Shown here: positions 38,501 to 46,496 of the stretch, piece after piece
How the letters are laid out: the number at the start of each line of letters is the position of its first letter
Numbering within the stretch: the first letter of the stretch is position 1
Source: Myxococcales bacterium
GTDB taxonomy: Bacteria > Myxococcota_A > Polyangia > Polyangiales > DASUME01
Reading direction: 5' to 3'
NCBI GenBank assembly: GCA_047601445.1
Contig: JASGJH010000001.1
Coordinates: 320,001-384,000 of the forward strand
DNA length: 64,000 bases
Position numbers and translations under genes: made by a program
The notes under the pieces: generated by a model
What the model saw: only the letters and a program-made list of their open reading frames with translations
The model's database searches: none
What the model was told of the DNA's origin: nothing

Positions 38501-39258
38501 AGCGAGCACAGATCGCGCGGGGCCTTCAAACCGCTCGGCAGCGTGGGCGCCACTCGCTGTTTCTGTTCCACCAGGTCCGCGCCGCTGGTAGGGAAGGGCG
38601 CCGAGCCAGACAGTGCCTGATAGAGCACCGCACCCAGGCTGTACCAGTCGGTGGCCGGGCTGGGCCGTGCGTCCTCGAGGCGCTCGGGGGCCACGAAGGG
38701 AAGCGAGCTGAGCCAGTGTTGGTCCGGGTCGCTGTTTTCGCGGGATCCCGAGAGCTCGCACTCCAGGAGCACCAGGCGCCCCTGCGGCGTCACGCGAATG
38801 TGATCCGGCTCCAGGTTGCCGTGTACGCGCCCCGCCTGGTGCAGCGCGCCGATGCCTCGCACGAGCTGGCTCAGCACACTGCGCAGGCGCACCTCGGAGA
38901 GCTCGCCCGGCGCGCCGCCCACGCCGGCGCGCTGTCCGGGATTCGTCTGGGCCCGAGGGCGCACGTAGTCCAGCAGGGACTCACCCTCGACGAACTCCAT
39001 CGTGTAGAACCAGAGCCCGTCGACGCAGTCGAGCTCGCCCAGGCTCACCAGGCTCGGATGGCGCACGTTGCGCAGGGCCCGGAACTCCCGACGCAGCGCG
39101 TCCCCGGCCAGCGACACACTGCGCAAGGTCCGCAGTGCCACGAAGCTGCCGCGGGTCTCGTCCAGGGCCTTGTAGATTTCGCCGACGGTGCCGACACCGA
39201 TGCGCGACACGATGCGAAAGCGTGGCGTACCGTGAAATTGCGGCTCTAGATTGGCCAC
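35548..39258 (-). CDS. Kinase-like domain + AAA/STAND ATPase + helical TPR-like region (probable pseudokinase)
   Basis: Hanks-type fold with degenerate catalytic motifs (VALRT, HGNLEPDH, no DFG); FVGRKREL, GESGVGK, LVVIDD, GGHPL. Confidence 0.88.
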   Translation of the reverse strand: MANLEPQFHGTPRFRIVSRIGVGTVGEIYKALDETRGSFVALRTLRSVSLAGDALRREFRALRNVRHPSLVSLGELDCVDGLWFYTMEFVEGESLLDYVRPRAQTNPGQRAGVGGAPGELSEVRLRSVLSQLVRGIGALHQAGRVHGNLEPDHIRVTPQGRLVLLECELSGSRENSDPDQHWLSSLPFVAPERLEDARPSPATDWYSLGAVLYQALSGSAPFPTSGADLVEQKQRVAPTLPSGLKAPRDLCSLCEDLLAIDPDARPDADEIRERLSIRTETEGRISQTFSLLGDAPPFVGRKRELSLLGEAFERTRHGAVSALCLYGESGVGKRTLAAQLVRKLRNDYPHLVHLSGRCEQEGPRAYRGVSGVIDALSRYLATQDASSIATLMPAEASLLARLFPSMLRVALPDSSARTPQEAPAIRRAAMRALRSLLRDLSKRHPMLVVIDDVQWADVDALSVLEEMIRLPDPPDLLLLLLVNGELREAEPPLRQWLTRYEQQVTLMRLRELGDGAARELADRLLESGGLSDPELGTALATSAGGHPLRVDALARHLLLTKASAPPDLSLTDLMWSRVEHLPLDARQLLITLCHARTALPAEVAGEAAGLPAESVGRYMAVLRVANLARSVRESDGERHAPSHPALRQAVLARADVDHARIHRQLALALASWPKAPPDVLATHLRDANNPERAARAAARAADRSRDLMAFDAAVHLYQEALAYPSVEADEERRLRMELAHAYACAGQSAHAARAYMEAARYANPADALELERRAAHQLLRTGSVNEGLETVTRVLDRLSVHLPKSTSGSVFSLWWRRLRLNARGTGFAERDASQIPPNDLVRADILGSLARALGMIDSVRGADAQTRHLLLALELGDPVRLARALALEGGYQAVTSEDGQSDAWLKPLERAEALAERVGDPQARGLALSVRSSATFLHGAFRENVRVSTEAERILATECTDVDWELGNARVFRAISQFYLGELKTNFERVAEHIREARERGDHYTYTNLRIAVAHIPYLMANEPVQAALVLDEALANWSHMNFHIQHLFHLTGIAQTEIYARSGRPYTRVMAAWPALTKSLLPRIPFVAHAVRHVRARAAISQARVERGERELLLRDAADSGAKLASSRSAYAAGWGHAARAGVDASRGDHERAIQSLEQAEAAFYESDMTLYAAATRYQLGRLLGGERGKELRARAQDWFEAQGVRRPENFVGMLLPGFEDLPGASRRGTGSNKR

Positions 39259-39568
39259 TGGGCCGCCGTCCTGCTCAGATTCTCCGTCACCTTGTTCGAG
39301 TCGTTCAGACTCCTAGCACACGCCTCGCTCCGCGCGGCAGAGAGCTGGTGTCCCGAACCACAAGCGTATCGTTCACGCATCACGCTCTGCCTCTGCGAGG
39401 AGCCGTCGGGCCGCCGCCACCGAAGCGTCGCCCCAATTCCCCCAGATACGCGGAAACCCACAAATTATACCTACGAGTAGCGCCAGGATTCCGCAATTTC
39501 GGGGGCACTTTGCCTCAAGCGGGCTCTTGCGCGGCCGGGCGAAGCCTGACCTTATGGTCCGGTCCACC

Positions 39569-40411
39569 ATGGAGCGCTTGTCCGCCATTGCACGCAGTCA
39601 GATCCGCCAGCTGACCCAGCTGTGGCCGGCGCTGACGATGCACCTGGCGATGGCCGTGCTGTTCCTTTGTGTGGCGGTCCTGTTCGGAGCGCTCACGGGG
39701 TTCGTGGGTGGGCTCACGTGGATCCTCGTCTGGCCCGCGTTTAGTCTGGTGATCGTGGCCTATGGCTACCTGGTGGCCGGGCCGGCCGTGCTCGGAAAGC
39801 AGGCCGACGGCACGCTCTACTGGCCGCATGCGCTGTTGTTGATGCCTTACTTCAGCGCCGCAGAGTGTGCCTGGTACCTGGTGCGCGTGCTGGGACGCGA
39901 AGACCCCTGGCACGAGGTGGCCCGCGGCCTGTATCTGGGACGACGCGTGCAGCACTGGGAGCTCCCCGCGCGGGTGGGGTTGGTGCTGGATATGACCGCC
40001 GAGTTCGTCGAGCCCATCGAGGTGCGCTCCGATCGCGTCTACGTCTGCGTGCCCGCCCTCGACGCATCGGTCCCCAGCGTCGAGGCGTTGGTTTCTGGTA
40101 TCGAGCGCGTGGCCAGCTTCGAAGGCAACATCTACGTGCACTGTGCCGCCGGCCATGGACGTTCGGCGATGGCGATGGCCGTCTTGTTGGTGGCACGCGG
40201 CATCGCCCAGGACCTGGATCACGCGGTGGACTTGATGCGCCAGGCGCGCCCGCGGGTGAAGCTGCGCACGACCCAGCGCAAAGTCGCCCTGGCCGCACTG
40301 GCGCGACTGCCCATGCGCTCGAGCCGTCCCAGCGGCGTGGGCGGCTCCACGCTGACCCTGGGGCCATCGCAGGCGAGCGGGACGAGCACGGGGGCGCCGA
40401 CGCAGCCCTGA
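39569..40411 (+). CDS. Membrane-anchored dual-specificity (PTP/DSP) phosphatase
   Basis: N-terminal TMs and CX5R loop VHCAAGHGRS. Start uncertain (39527-39640). Confidence 0.85.
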   Translation: MERLSAIARSQIRQLTQLWPALTMHLAMAVLFLCVAVLFGALTGFVGGLTWILVWPAFSLVIVAYGYLVAGPAVLGKQADGTLYWPHALLLMPYFSAAECAWYLVRVLGREDPWHEVARGLYLGRRVQHWELPARVGLVLDMTAEFVEPIEVRSDRVYVCVPALDASVPSVEALVSGIERVASFEGNIYVHCAAGHGRSAMAMAVLLVARGIAQDLDHAVDLMRQARPRVKLRTTQRKVALAALARLPMRSSRPSGVGGSTLTLGPSQASGTSTGAPTQP

Positions 40412-40751
40412 GGCGCCTCGCCGCCTGGCCGCCTGCAAAGGCTGGTCGGGTGTCTAGCGCGCGCGCAGGGCTTTTGTTCTCTCGCGTGCATTCCAGCGTG
40501 TCACGTTCGTGTGACCACCCCGCAGTGCCGCGAGCAGCCCCGCGAGGCGAGCCCCGACAACGGGATCACCCGCGTGCGCAAGCGTTCGAAAAAACGACGT
40601 AAGCCGCCCCACCGGCAGATCGAACAGACGTTGGAGCGCGTTCCTTCTCCTGCTAGTCACGCCAATAGGAGCTACGTGCGCAGTCACGCGCGCGTGCACC
40701 GCAGAGTTCGCCCGCGCGGCGGCGCGCGCATCCACGAGGAAGGCTACTGAC

Positions 40752-41384
40752 ATGTTCGCGGCACGTCCCATCGGCCTTTCTGTCAAACAGCACGCTCCAC
40801 AAGCCGATCGCAACAAGGGCGCGATCATCGAGATCCTGCAGCGAGTCTTGCCCGAACGCGGGATGGCACTCGAGATTGGGAGCGGCACCGGACAGCACGT
40901 GATGCATTTCGCGCGCGCGTTCCCGGACCTGGTTTGGCAACCGAGCGATTACGATCAGGTTTCCATCGCCAGCATCGAGAGCTATCGCCGCGAGGCCCAG
41001 CTGCACAACGTGCGCGAGCCGCTCTTGCTCGAGGTACGCAAGAAGAGCTGGGGCAACGGACAGCTCGATGCCGTGCTCGCCATCAACCTCATCCACGTGA
41101 CGTCCTGGTCGGTCTGCGAGGGGCTGTTCGACGGCGCGCGGCGCCACCTGCGCCCCGACGGCGTGCTGTTCATCTACGGCCCGTTCAAGCAAAACGGCGG
41201 CTTCGACTGCGATAGCAACGCGCGGCTCGACGCCTTCCTGCGGCAGAAGAACCCGGACTGGGGCCTGCGCGATCTGGAGGCGATTGCGGCGCTCGGCACG
41301 GCGCGCGGCCTGCTTGCCGAACAGGTCACGGACTTGCCAGGCAACGACCTCGGGGTAGTGTTCCGCAAGCAAGTTCACAACTGA
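40752..41384 (+). CDS. DUF938-family class I SAM-dependent methyltransferase
   Basis: RNKGAI, LEIGSGTGQH, WQPSD, YGPF, SNARLD and WGLRD motifs. Confidence 0.88.
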   Translation: MFAARPIGLSVKQHAPQADRNKGAIIEILQRVLPERGMALEIGSGTGQHVMHFARAFPDLVWQPSDYDQVSIASIESYRREAQLHNVREPLLLEVRKKSWGNGQLDAVLAINLIHVTSWSVCEGLFDGARRHLRPDGVLFIYGPFKQNGGFDCDSNARLDAFLRQKNPDWGLRDLEAIAALGTARGLLAEQVTDLPGNDLGVVFRKQVHN

Positions 41385-41425
41385 CGCCTGGCCGCGCACT
41401 CGGTCGGGAGACCGGTGCGCCATCC

Positions 41426-41890
41426 ATGCTCGATGAGACGACTGCCAAGGGCTTCAAGCGGATCTGGATCGACTACACGGTGGAGGTCGACGCCAGCGAA
41501 GCCGAGCTGAGCGCGCTCCTGAGTGACATCGACCACTGGCCGAGCTGGACGCCTGGGCTCAAGGCCATCAAGCGCAAGTCGAATGGTGACTTTGGGGTCG
41601 GCACGCACTTCGTCATGGTGCTCGAGGTCAAGGGACTGCCCGGGCTGCCGCTGCCATGCGAGCTCTTCGTGAAGGAGCCTCGTCGCATCGAGTGGGGCGG
41701 CGGCGCGCTGGGGTCGGTGATTCGCCATCGCTTCGAGCTCACCTCGCTTGGTCCCACGCGCACCAGCCTGCGCCACGTGGAGTACGCCACGAACCTGCTG
41801 GCGCTGGTCACGCTGCCGGCGGAGAAGGGCATCCACGGGCACGATCGCCGCTGGTCGAACGCGATTCGAGCGCGCTTCGCCCGCGCTTGA
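41426..41890 (+). CDS. SRPBCC/polyketide cyclase-like protein
   Basis: LSDIDHWPSWTP, GTHF, IEWGG and HRFEL motifs. Confidence 0.8.
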   Translation: MLDETTAKGFKRIWIDYTVEVDASEAELSALLSDIDHWPSWTPGLKAIKRKSNGDFGVGTHFVMVLEVKGLPGLPLPCELFVKEPRRIEWGGGALGSVIRHRFELTSLGPTRTSLRHVEYATNLLALVTLPAEKGIHGHDRRWSNAIRARFARA

Positions 41891-41910
41891 GTGCGCTTGC
41901 CCGCAAGAAA

Positions 41911-42270
41911 CTAGCGGTCGCGAAACGAGCCTGAGGGGATAGGGCGCGCGGCTCCCAGGCGTTCCCGCGGCATCAGGTAGGTTTGGGCCGAGGTGGCGTC
42001 CGACAGCTCGATGCGTTCCCGCACGTAGAACTCTGGGACCTCCTCGAGCTCGTCGAGTCTCGCCAGGGTGAGGTCGTCGACTGCGTAGAGCTCGCCGAGC
42101 ACACTCGTGGTGCCTCCGCTGAGCATGGCCGGGAAGTAATCGACGAGCACCAGCTCGTATTCGGGCCGCGTGCGGCGCGCGCCCAAGAACTCCGCGCCCG
42201 CTAGCTGGTCGTGATGATGCTGGTCCTGCATCAGGGTGCCGTAAACAAAGACGAGGTGACGGCCAGCCAT
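41911..42270 (-). CDS. Gamma-glutamylcyclotransferase family protein
   Basis: FVYGTL, GELY, LDELE and Y.R motifs. Confidence 0.9.
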   Translation of the reverse strand: MAGRHLVFVYGTLMQDQHHHDQLAGAEFLGARRTRPEYELVLVDYFPAMLSGGTTSVLGELYAVDDLTLARLDELEEVPEFYVRERIELSDATSAQTYLMPRERLGAARPIPSGSFRDR

Positions 42271-42304
42271 GGACCCGATGCTAGCGTGAAGCTAGCTTCA
42301 AGCC

Positions 42305-42478
42305 ATGGACCGCGTGGGACTTTGCGCGCACTGCCAGCATGCACGGGTCATCGAGAGCGGGCGTGGCTCGCGCTTCTACCTGTGCACGGCGGCCCAACGT
42401 GATCCGCGCCTGCGCAAGTACCCGCCGTTGCCGGTGCTGTCCTGCTTCGCCTACGAACCCAATCAGCCCACGCCGTAG
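42305..42478 (+). CDS. 57-aa Cys-rich small protein (not in the supplied ORF track)
   Basis: MDRVGLCAHCQHARVIESGRGSRFYLCTAAQRDPRLRKYPPLPVLSCFAYEPNQPTP*; fills the gap exactly and ends 2 nt from the convergent gene. Confidence 0.75.
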   Translation: MDRVGLCAHCQHARVIESGRGSRFYLCTAAQRDPRLRKYPPLPVLSCFAYEPNQPTP

Positions 42479-42480
42479 CC

Positions 42481-43932
42481 TTACTCGGCGGCGACGCTCT
42501 GGCTGGTGCTGGCCGGGCTGACGGTATCGGACGAGTAGAGATCGATCTCTGCCGGTAGCCGGGGCCGCTTCACGACGTGGCGCAACAGGCCCCACATGAA
42601 GCGGGCGACGAAGCTCGGCGTGACGATGGACCAGCGCTTGGCCCCGAAGTCCGCGAGTGGGACCACGGTACGCACCATGTGTCGATCGTGGATCACGATC
42701 TGCTCCATCAGGCGCGCCACGTAGCGCGTGACCTCGTAGAAGGGCGGCTTCTTGCCCTCGGTTTTGGGCCAGCGAAAGTCCATCGTGGTGGAGAGTACCC
42801 AGCCTTCTTCGAGGAATTCGGCCTGGGTCTTGTAGTAGCGGCGGAGGAATAGGCGATCCAATCCGCCCGCGTGTTTGCCGAGCGCTTCGGAGAGCGACTT
42901 GGCGGCGAGTGCAGAGGCCGTCATGCCTTGTCCGTAGCTCGGGTTGTATCCGCACACGGCATCGCCGAACAGGAGCAGGCCGTTGAGCTTGCCCCGATAC
43001 CGATGCATCAGCTTCCACCAGTTCACCGTGGTGCGGTTCTGCACGACCTCGGTGAGCGGTTCCGCACGCGACAGGAGCTCGTAGGCGAGGGGGGAGCGCA
43101 GGCTCTTTATGTACTCGAGCCAGCCGGCCTCATCGGTGGGCGCGTAGTCGCCGTTGGTGCCCACGGCGGTCACGATCCAGCGCTCGCCCTCCACCGTGAC
43201 GATGGAGAACCCGCGCGCGTGGTCGGGCGGGCAGTGATCGATGATGAGCGCGCGCCACCACCAGTTCTTGGCCTCGGCCGGCGCGCGATAGTGCCGCGTG
43301 GCGTAGCTGCACTTGGGATCGACGCGGAGCTCCTCCGGCTCGGGCAGGCCCATCTGCGTGAGCCACTTGGGTGATTTGGTGCCTCGGCCCGTGCTGTCGA
43401 CCACCACGTCGGCGCGGATCTCGCGCAGCTCGGGGTCGCTCGAATCGGTGCGCACGCCGGTTACCCAGACTTCATCGCCGCGGCGCTCGTGCACCAGATC
43501 CGTGGCGCGCACGCCTTGCACGATGCGGACGTTCTTGCGCCGAGCTAGCAGCAGGCGCCGCAGGGTGAACTCGAGCAGCGGCCGGGTTCCTGCGAAAGCG
43601 GTGGCTCCGATGTCGTCGTAGCGCGGAGCCCAGCCGTCGGGCGTGAGCCGTGCGATTTGATTGGACGGATCGAATTCGAACGCGCCGTGGACCTTGAGCT
43701 CTTGCATCAGCCCCGGGAACAGCGCGTCGAGCTCTTTGCGGCCTCGCATCTGCAGCGCATGCGGCTGATTGCCTTGCGGAACCCCGCGGCGGCCTTCGGG
43801 GGCGGCGGGGAGCTGGTCTTTTTCCAGCAGCGTGACTCGCTCGAAGTGCGGGGCCAACGCTTCCGCGGCGCAGATGCCGCCGATGCTAGCGCCGAGGATG
43901 ACGGCGTGGGTTCGAGAGGGGGGAACTGCCAT
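42481..43932 (-). CDS. FAD-dependent oxidoreductase/monooxygenase
   Basis: AVILGASIGG, RRGVPQG..H, DSTGRG and GDAVC.YNPSYGQGM motifs. Confidence 0.88.
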   Translation of the reverse strand: MAVPPSRTHAVILGASIGGICAAEALAPHFERVTLLEKDQLPAAPEGRRGVPQGNQPHALQMRGRKELDALFPGLMQELKVHGAFEFDPSNQIARLTPDGWAPRYDDIGATAFAGTRPLLEFTLRRLLLARRKNVRIVQGVRATDLVHERRGDEVWVTGVRTDSSDPELREIRADVVVDSTGRGTKSPKWLTQMGLPEPEELRVDPKCSYATRHYRAPAEAKNWWWRALIIDHCPPDHARGFSIVTVEGERWIVTAVGTNGDYAPTDEAGWLEYIKSLRSPLAYELLSRAEPLTEVVQNRTTVNWWKLMHRYRGKLNGLLLFGDAVCGYNPSYGQGMTASALAAKSLSEALGKHAGGLDRLFLRRYYKTQAEFLEEGWVLSTTMDFRWPKTEGKKPPFYEVTRYVARLMEQIVIHDRHMVRTVVPLADFGAKRWSIVTPSFVARFMWGLLRHVVKRPRLPAEIDLYSSDTVSPASTSQSVAAE

Positions 43933-44084
43933 GGCTAAGAAGGATTTGTAAGCATGCTAGCGAGTTCAGCCGTGTCCCGGGCGCGAAAAAGTGTGCCCGA
44001 GGGTGACTGCTCGCCTGACTGGCTGGCGGGTGCCTCGGGGGTGGAGTCCCGAGGGCGGTGGAAAGGCGCGCCGGCGGGCGCCCG

Positions 44085-46350
44085 TCACATCGTGGGCAAG
44101 GGGTCGCCGGACTCCTGAGGTGTGTCCGTGTGGGGCTCGGGAGCATTGGCGCGCGCCTCGAGCTCGCGCACCCGTCGACGTTCCACCTGCAAATCCTCGG
44201 TCACGCGCTCTTGCTCGTCGCGGGCGTGCGCGAGCGCACGCTCCAGCGAGCTCACGCGGCCCACATGGCTGTGGGCCTCCTCGCGCGCCTTGTCGAGCTC
44301 CGCCAGCAGCACCCGGGCGCGCGTGCGTAGCTCGTCGAGCTCGCCTTCGGCCGCGGCCATGCGCGAACGCGTCTCACGCAGCTCGGACTCCACGAACGCT
44401 CGCCGCTGCTCGGCGCTGAAGAGCTGCCCCTCGAGCGAGGTCACTTTGGCTTGCTCGTTGTGCAGGGCCCGCCGCGAACCTTCGAGCTCGGCTGCCACGG
44501 CCTGCAGCCGCCCGACCGTCTCGGTGTTCTCGTTGCGCGCCCGGCCGAGCTGGGCACCCAGGTGGCTCACTTCGCGATCCCGGGCGAGCAGGCGGTCCTC
44601 CACCTGCTGGCGGGTGAGCTCGCTCAACTGGAAGCTCTCTTCGAGCTGCAGGCGCCGCGCGCTCTCCTTGCCCAGCTTGTCTTGGGTTACTTCTGCGCGT
44701 AGCTGCGCCGCCTGGGCTTCCTCGCGCTTCTTCAAGTACACGTACGTGATCGAAGAGAGCCCCACGAGGGAACCCAAGGCGATGGGAGCGGCCCAGCGCA
44801 TCACCGCGCGTCGGCGCTCGCGCTGGCGCTCCGGGCGCGTGAGGGCGCTCAGCTCCTCCGCGAATTGCTCGGCGCTCGGCCGCTCGGACGGATCCTTCGC
44901 CAGCCAGCGCTTGAACTCGGGCTCGAGATACTTGAGCTCGCGGGCGGTCGGACCCGCCGGTGGGAAGTCGGCGCGGTGGGCGATGAACGCCTCGACCGCG
45001 GTGCCGGGCACCTGCTCCTGGGTGGCCGGTTCGAGCGCGTTGCGCAGCGAGAGCGCGAGCGAGAACACGTCGGCCTTGGCGCTGATGGTCGGGCGCTGCT
45101 CTTTGCCTGCGTACTGAGCCGCGATCTCGGGCGCGAAGTAGAGTGGGGTACCCGCCACGATCATCTCGGCTTCCTTGGCCGCCACGCCTAGGTCGATGAG
45201 TACGGGTAGGATGCGCTGGCGCTCCGCCTGCGCTTCTCCGATACGGGCCAGGAAGATGTTGTCCGGCTTGATGTCTTGATGCCGAATGCCGGCGGCGTGC
45301 ATGGTAGTGAGCGCCTGCGCCAGGGGCAGGAAGATCTCGCGTGCTTCCTCGCGCGTGAGGGGCTGGCGCTTGATGCGCTCTTCGAGCGTCTCGCCCTCGT
45401 ACCAGGGCATCACGAACCAAAGTCGCTCCTGGTACCAACCGTGATCTTTGAAATCCACCACCGACGGGTGGAAGACGGATGCGATCAAGCGCAGCTCGCG
45501 GAGCGCCGTCTTGCGCGCGTCTTCGCTCTTCGCCGCCTTGTGCAGAATCTTGAGTGCCACCACGTGACCGGGCACGTCGGTGTCGAGCGCGCGGTAGACG
45601 TCGCCGAAGGAGCCATCGCCCACGCGCTGTTGGATCTCGTAGCGCTCGCCGATGATGGTGCCCTCGGCCAGCGCGCGCCGCCCCCGCTCGTAGCGGTGCG
45701 GTCCGCTCGGTTCACGCACGGGCGCCAGCGCGAACGCTTCCTGCAGGGCGCCACGCAGCCCGCCGAGTCGGCTCGGAGGCGCATTGCCCAGTACCCCCGC
45801 CGCGCGCGACGCGGCGCGCTCGAGGTCCGTGACGACGTCCTCGACCATGCGCCCGACCACGTGGGCCACGTCCTCGGGCGAGAGCTCGCGCGCGTAGCGT
45901 AGCTCGAGTAGCTCGGCGTCCTCGGGTGGCAGTTCCTTGCGTAACTTGGCCAGGGCCTGCACGTAGCTCTCGGGAGCTCCCTCCGGAGGCGAGCACCAGG
46001 TCACGCCGCCGTTGCCGAGCGAGGCTCCCACGCGGTGCGCCGCGGCCACTTCGCGGGCCAGCTTGTACAGATGCGCGCGCGGGCCTGGTGGGCTGTTGAG
46101 CGCGGCCGAGCTCCACTGCTCACTGCGCGCCGTGAGATTCGAGGTAGGCTTTTTGAGCCTTGCCGGTCGAACCCAGTCGGATGGTCAGGTACTGACGCAA
46201 ACCCTCGCTGTAGTGGCGCAGGGCGCGCTCCCGCAGCACGTCCGCCACCGTCTCCTGCATGCCGTTGGCGAGCACGATGGACTCGGCCGCCACGAGCAGC
46301 ACGGGCTTCTTGGCTGGTGTTGGCTTGGCGTCTGGCACGGTGCGATCCAT
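44085..46350 (-). CDS. ECF-sigma-like domain fused to Ser/Thr kinase + TM + coiled coil, split by a +1 frameshift near 46136-46140
   Basis: LRHYSEGLRQYLTIRLG...RAHLYKLARE (region-2-like) and LPPEDAELLELRYARELSPEDVAHVVG (region-4-like); kinase GDGSFG, VALK, HQDIKPDN, DLG, APE. Removing one base joins ORF 46120-46350 to 44085-46049. Confidence 0.8.
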
Positions 46351-46439
46351 CCGAGGAACCCTCCACTGCTCACATTAGCTGGCAGCGCAGGAGGGCACAA
46401 AAAAGGCTGGAAGGACCGATCCAATCAGCTCGGAAACGC

Positions 46440-46464
46440 ACAGGGCGGCTCGAAGCCGCCCTGT
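46440..46464. terminator. Hairpin, probable terminator of the upstream lipoprotein gene
   Basis: Perfect 10-bp stem ACAGGGCGGC-TCGAA-GCCGCCCTGT, 32 bp past the stop at 46497. Confidence 0.6.
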
Positions 46465-46496
46465 TTCTTGACTCGGAAGATGGTTTGAAGGTGGGA

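Noticed and set aside
40412..40751. 340-bp gap with a 79-aa ORF (40511-40750) and a GTCAC-N6-GTGAC inverted repeat
   Set aside because: The ORF is Arg-rich with no motif or RBS, and the single short repeat could be chance.
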